This document shows, in pieces, positions 62,182-64,000 of a DNA stretch of 64,000 nucleotides. Every line of letters begins with the position of its first letter. Position 1 is the first letter of the stretch. The notes beneath the pieces were generated by a model that was not told the DNA's origin, searched no databases, and saw nothing but the letters and a program-made list of their open reading frames with translations. Position numbers and translations under genes: made by a program. Source of the DNA: Trypanosoma brucei (lineage: Eukaryota); NCBI GenBank assembly GCA_000002445.1, contig CP000069.1, forward strand, positions 736,001-800,000, written 5' to 3'.

Positions 62182-64000
62182 ATGGAGGAAAATGATTACA
62201 CTTTTGACCGACAGCGAGACCGCAAGGAGAGGCGCCGTAATGAGCGCCGTGCAAAGAAGGAGATGCGCATTGAGGCGCACGAACGTTGGGTGGAGCAGTG
62301 TCGATTGGCCAGGGAACAGAAGAAAAAACGCAGCGTGCGCGTAAAAAATGGTAGCGAAAATCAAGCGGCTACCAGAAACTTTTCAAATCGGCCTCTAAGA
62401 GAGAGGAAAGTCAACCGTAATGCCAAAAGGGAAACCTCTTTCAACGACGCAAAGGAGAAATCAACTTCATCACAAAAGTTAACCATGGAAAGTAAACGTG
62501 AAGCAAAGCAGCGGGATGGAAAGTCTGTAGTGGATCTGGCGAAAGCGTGTGCCACAACACCAGATAGCACTCAGGGGAAATATATTCCTCCCTCGTTGCG
62601 GCAAAAGATGATAGTGCAGAAACCAACCAACGCTGTGAATGAGGCCGCACGGCGTATTATTAACAAACTTACAGTGCAGAATGTGGCTGACATGACACGT
62701 GAAACATCTGAGCTGTTTGGAGGTGGAGTTGAGGGGGCGACGCGAGCATCAGTGATAAGTAGTTTGGCAGAAAATATGAATCGCATATGCTTACTTGACT
62801 CTGGACCTCTCACACCTCTCGCTAGTTTACCCTTCGCTGGGTTAATTCGTGGACTGCAACTGCTGCACGGCAACATTGTTGGTGCTGAAGTGATCGAATG
62901 CTTGGCTATTGCTCTCCAACAACAGCTTATGGACAACAATGAGGCAGCCGCTTGTAACGGTGCCATGCTTTTAGCACATCTTTATTTGCTTAACGCTGTG
63001 GATTGCGTTTTGGCATCCACTTTCTTACGCAGCGTATTGCAGATGGGGGGTGGTGGTTCCTTGTGTGCTGCTGCAGCGGGTCTGACATTTCTCCGTGCAT
63101 GCGGCGAAAAATTGTTGAAGGAGGCTCCAGTCGAAATGGAGAGAGCATTAAATGAGGGAGCACCAAGCAGGGAAATCTCACAAAATGCTACTAGTCGTTA
63201 TTCAGCACTTCTTAGCCTCATCAAGGAGATTGTGGCGGGGCGCACGCGGAATGCACGACGAAGCGTTGACGAAGAAAAGGTTCCTCTTGACTCTCTCCTC
63301 AGCGACATTAGCACTTTGCTTTCCGGGGGAGGGAAGACGAGCTTATCATCATCAGGTAACAAGCGCGCACTGCTTCGTGTTATGAGCACAACAAGTGTGC
63401 TGACGGGCCTTTCATGGGCCCGCTTGATACAACAGGATAAACCCCATCGTTGGTATGTCCCTGAAACATGGACTGACACTGTCGGCGATGGGGACGAAAC
63501 AAACGATGAGCATGCTGATGACGATAAAGGAGGTGCATCTTCTGCTTCTGGTGACATCGATGAACGCTCAGATGGAGACGAAGGAACGGTGGAAAAAATG
63601 GAGCAAATTCGACTCTTGCGACAGCAGGAGAAGGCGATTTCAGGCCAGCGTCTCAACACTGAGAACAAGCGGGAAGTGTTCAAGTGCGTAGTAAATGCAT
63701 CTGATGACTTGGAGGCATTTACGTTGCTCATGCACCGTGATCCCTCATTCAGTCGGTTGCACGATACCTTCGCCGTCCTCTTACAGTGTTGCTACCAAGA
63801 AAATCTCTACAATCCTTACTATACGCAGGTAGTTCAGCGTTTCTGCAGTGCCAAGCCGTCATGCAAGAACACGCTTCAGTTTGCAATATGGGATATGTTC
63901 AAAACAATACGAGTGGAAGCGGTCGACGTTACAGGTTATCTCAACCTTGCGTGTTTGATTGCACAACTCATGCAGGAGGGTGTGTATACTCTTGCAGTGC
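62182..64000 (+). CDS. MIF4G + MA3 domain protein (NOM1/Sgd1-like or CWC22-like), 5' portion; continues beyond window end
   Basis: Found by manual translation; not in the supplied track because no stop occurs before the window end. Basic N-terminus RQRDRKERRRNERRAKKEMR. MIF4G-like KYIPPSLRQKM...ARRIINKLTVQNVADMTRETSELF. MA3-like ENKREVFKCVVNASDDLEAFTLLM...YYTQVVQRFC...LQFAIWDMFK. Open through position 64000. Confidence 0.55.
   Translation, partial: MEENDYTFDRQRDRKERRRNERRAKKEMRIEAHERWVEQCRLAREQKKKRSVRVKNGSENQAATRNFSNRPLRERKVNRNAKRETSFNDAKEKSTSSQKLTMESKREAKQRDGKSVVDLAKACATTPDSTQGKYIPPSLRQKMIVQKPTNAVNEAARRIINKLTVQNVADMTRETSELFGGGVEGATRASVISSLAENMNRICLLDSGPLTPLASLPFAGLIRGLQLLHGNIVGAEVIECLAIALQQQLMDNNEAAACNGAMLLAHLYLLNAVDCVLASTFLRSVLQMGGGGSLCAAAAGLTFLRACGEKLLKEAPVEMERALNEGAPSREISQNATSRYSALLSLIKEIVAGRTRNARRSVDEEKVPLDSLLSDISTLLSGGGKTSLSSSGNKRALLRVMSTTSVLTGLSWARLIQQDKPHRWYVPETWTDTVGDGDETNDEHADDDKGGASSASGDIDERSDGDEGTVEKMEQIRLLRQQEKAISGQRLNTENKREVFKCVVNASDDLEAFTLLMHRDPSFSRLHDTFAVLLQCCYQENLYNPYYTQVVQRFCSAKPSCKNTLQFAIWDMFKTIRVEAVDVTGYLNLACLIAQLMQEGVYTLAV

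Noticed and set aside
1-64000. Prokaryotic defence system / CRISPR array / operon-type novel system
   Set aside because: The sequence is eukaryotic (kinetoplastid gene organisation, armadillo/importin, ATG5, EMC4, actin-related protein). No direct-repeat-spacer arrays or bacterial-type gene clusters are present. I found no evidence of such a system.

Overview
This 64 kb window looks like a nuclear chromosome segment from a kinetoplastid, most likely an African-trypanosome-like Trypanosoma. It is not prokaryotic: I see no CRISPR arrays, operon-style sigma/RBS signals, tRNA or rRNA genes. I see no evidence of a novel, previously undescribed biological system in this window; the most distinctive items are a Trx-UFD2 fusion and a retroelement pseudogene.

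Every long ORF (about 28) lies on the + strand, which is the signature of one directional polycistronic transcription unit. Genes are separated by 0.4-3.5 kb AT-rich spacers. These spacers carry polypyrimidine tracts followed by AG (trans-splicing acceptor signatures) and many (TA)n, (TG)n and (CA)n microsatellites. The minus strand has only short, low-complexity ORFs.

Products I can recognise from motifs in the translations:
- a DUF4139/DUF4140-like protein
- a GCP4-sized gamma-tubulin complex component (GRIP2 GDF motif)
- a MAM33/p32 (p22-like) mitochondrial acidic protein
- ATG5
- Mo25
- an AGC/PDK1-like Ser/Thr kinase
- a UFD2/E4-like protein with an N-terminal thioredoxin domain (WCGPC) and a degenerate C-terminal U-box
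- a J-domain (HPD) protein
- an ICT1/RF-1-like GGQ peptidyl-tRNA hydrolase
- SDHAF2/Sdh5
- a METTL9/DREV-like methyltransferase
- a protein with three RRM domains and an N-terminal PPGFKxPPMPPGFK proline repeat
- a divergent actin-related protein
- EMC4
- an Hsp33-type redox chaperone (C-terminal CxC...CxxC)
- importin-alpha
- a MIF4G/MA3 protein (NOM1/Sgd1- or CWC22-like) that runs off the 3' end of the window. It is absent from the supplied ORF track because it has no stop codon inside the window.

Several track ORFs begin with GTG or TTG. I trimmed those to the first in-frame ATG downstream of the polypyrimidine tract.

The most unusual region is about 41.4-45.5 kb. It is a degenerate retroelement embedded in the transcription unit. 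It has a gag-like CCHC zinc knuckle, an RT thumb-like segment and an RNase H domain, spread over three reading frames with an in-frame stop. In a trypanosome this suggests a VIPER/DIRS-like or other retrotransposon remnant. It is flanked upstream by an unusually long repeat-rich spacer at 37.9-41.4 kb, and a second such spacer lies at 31.0-34.3 kb.
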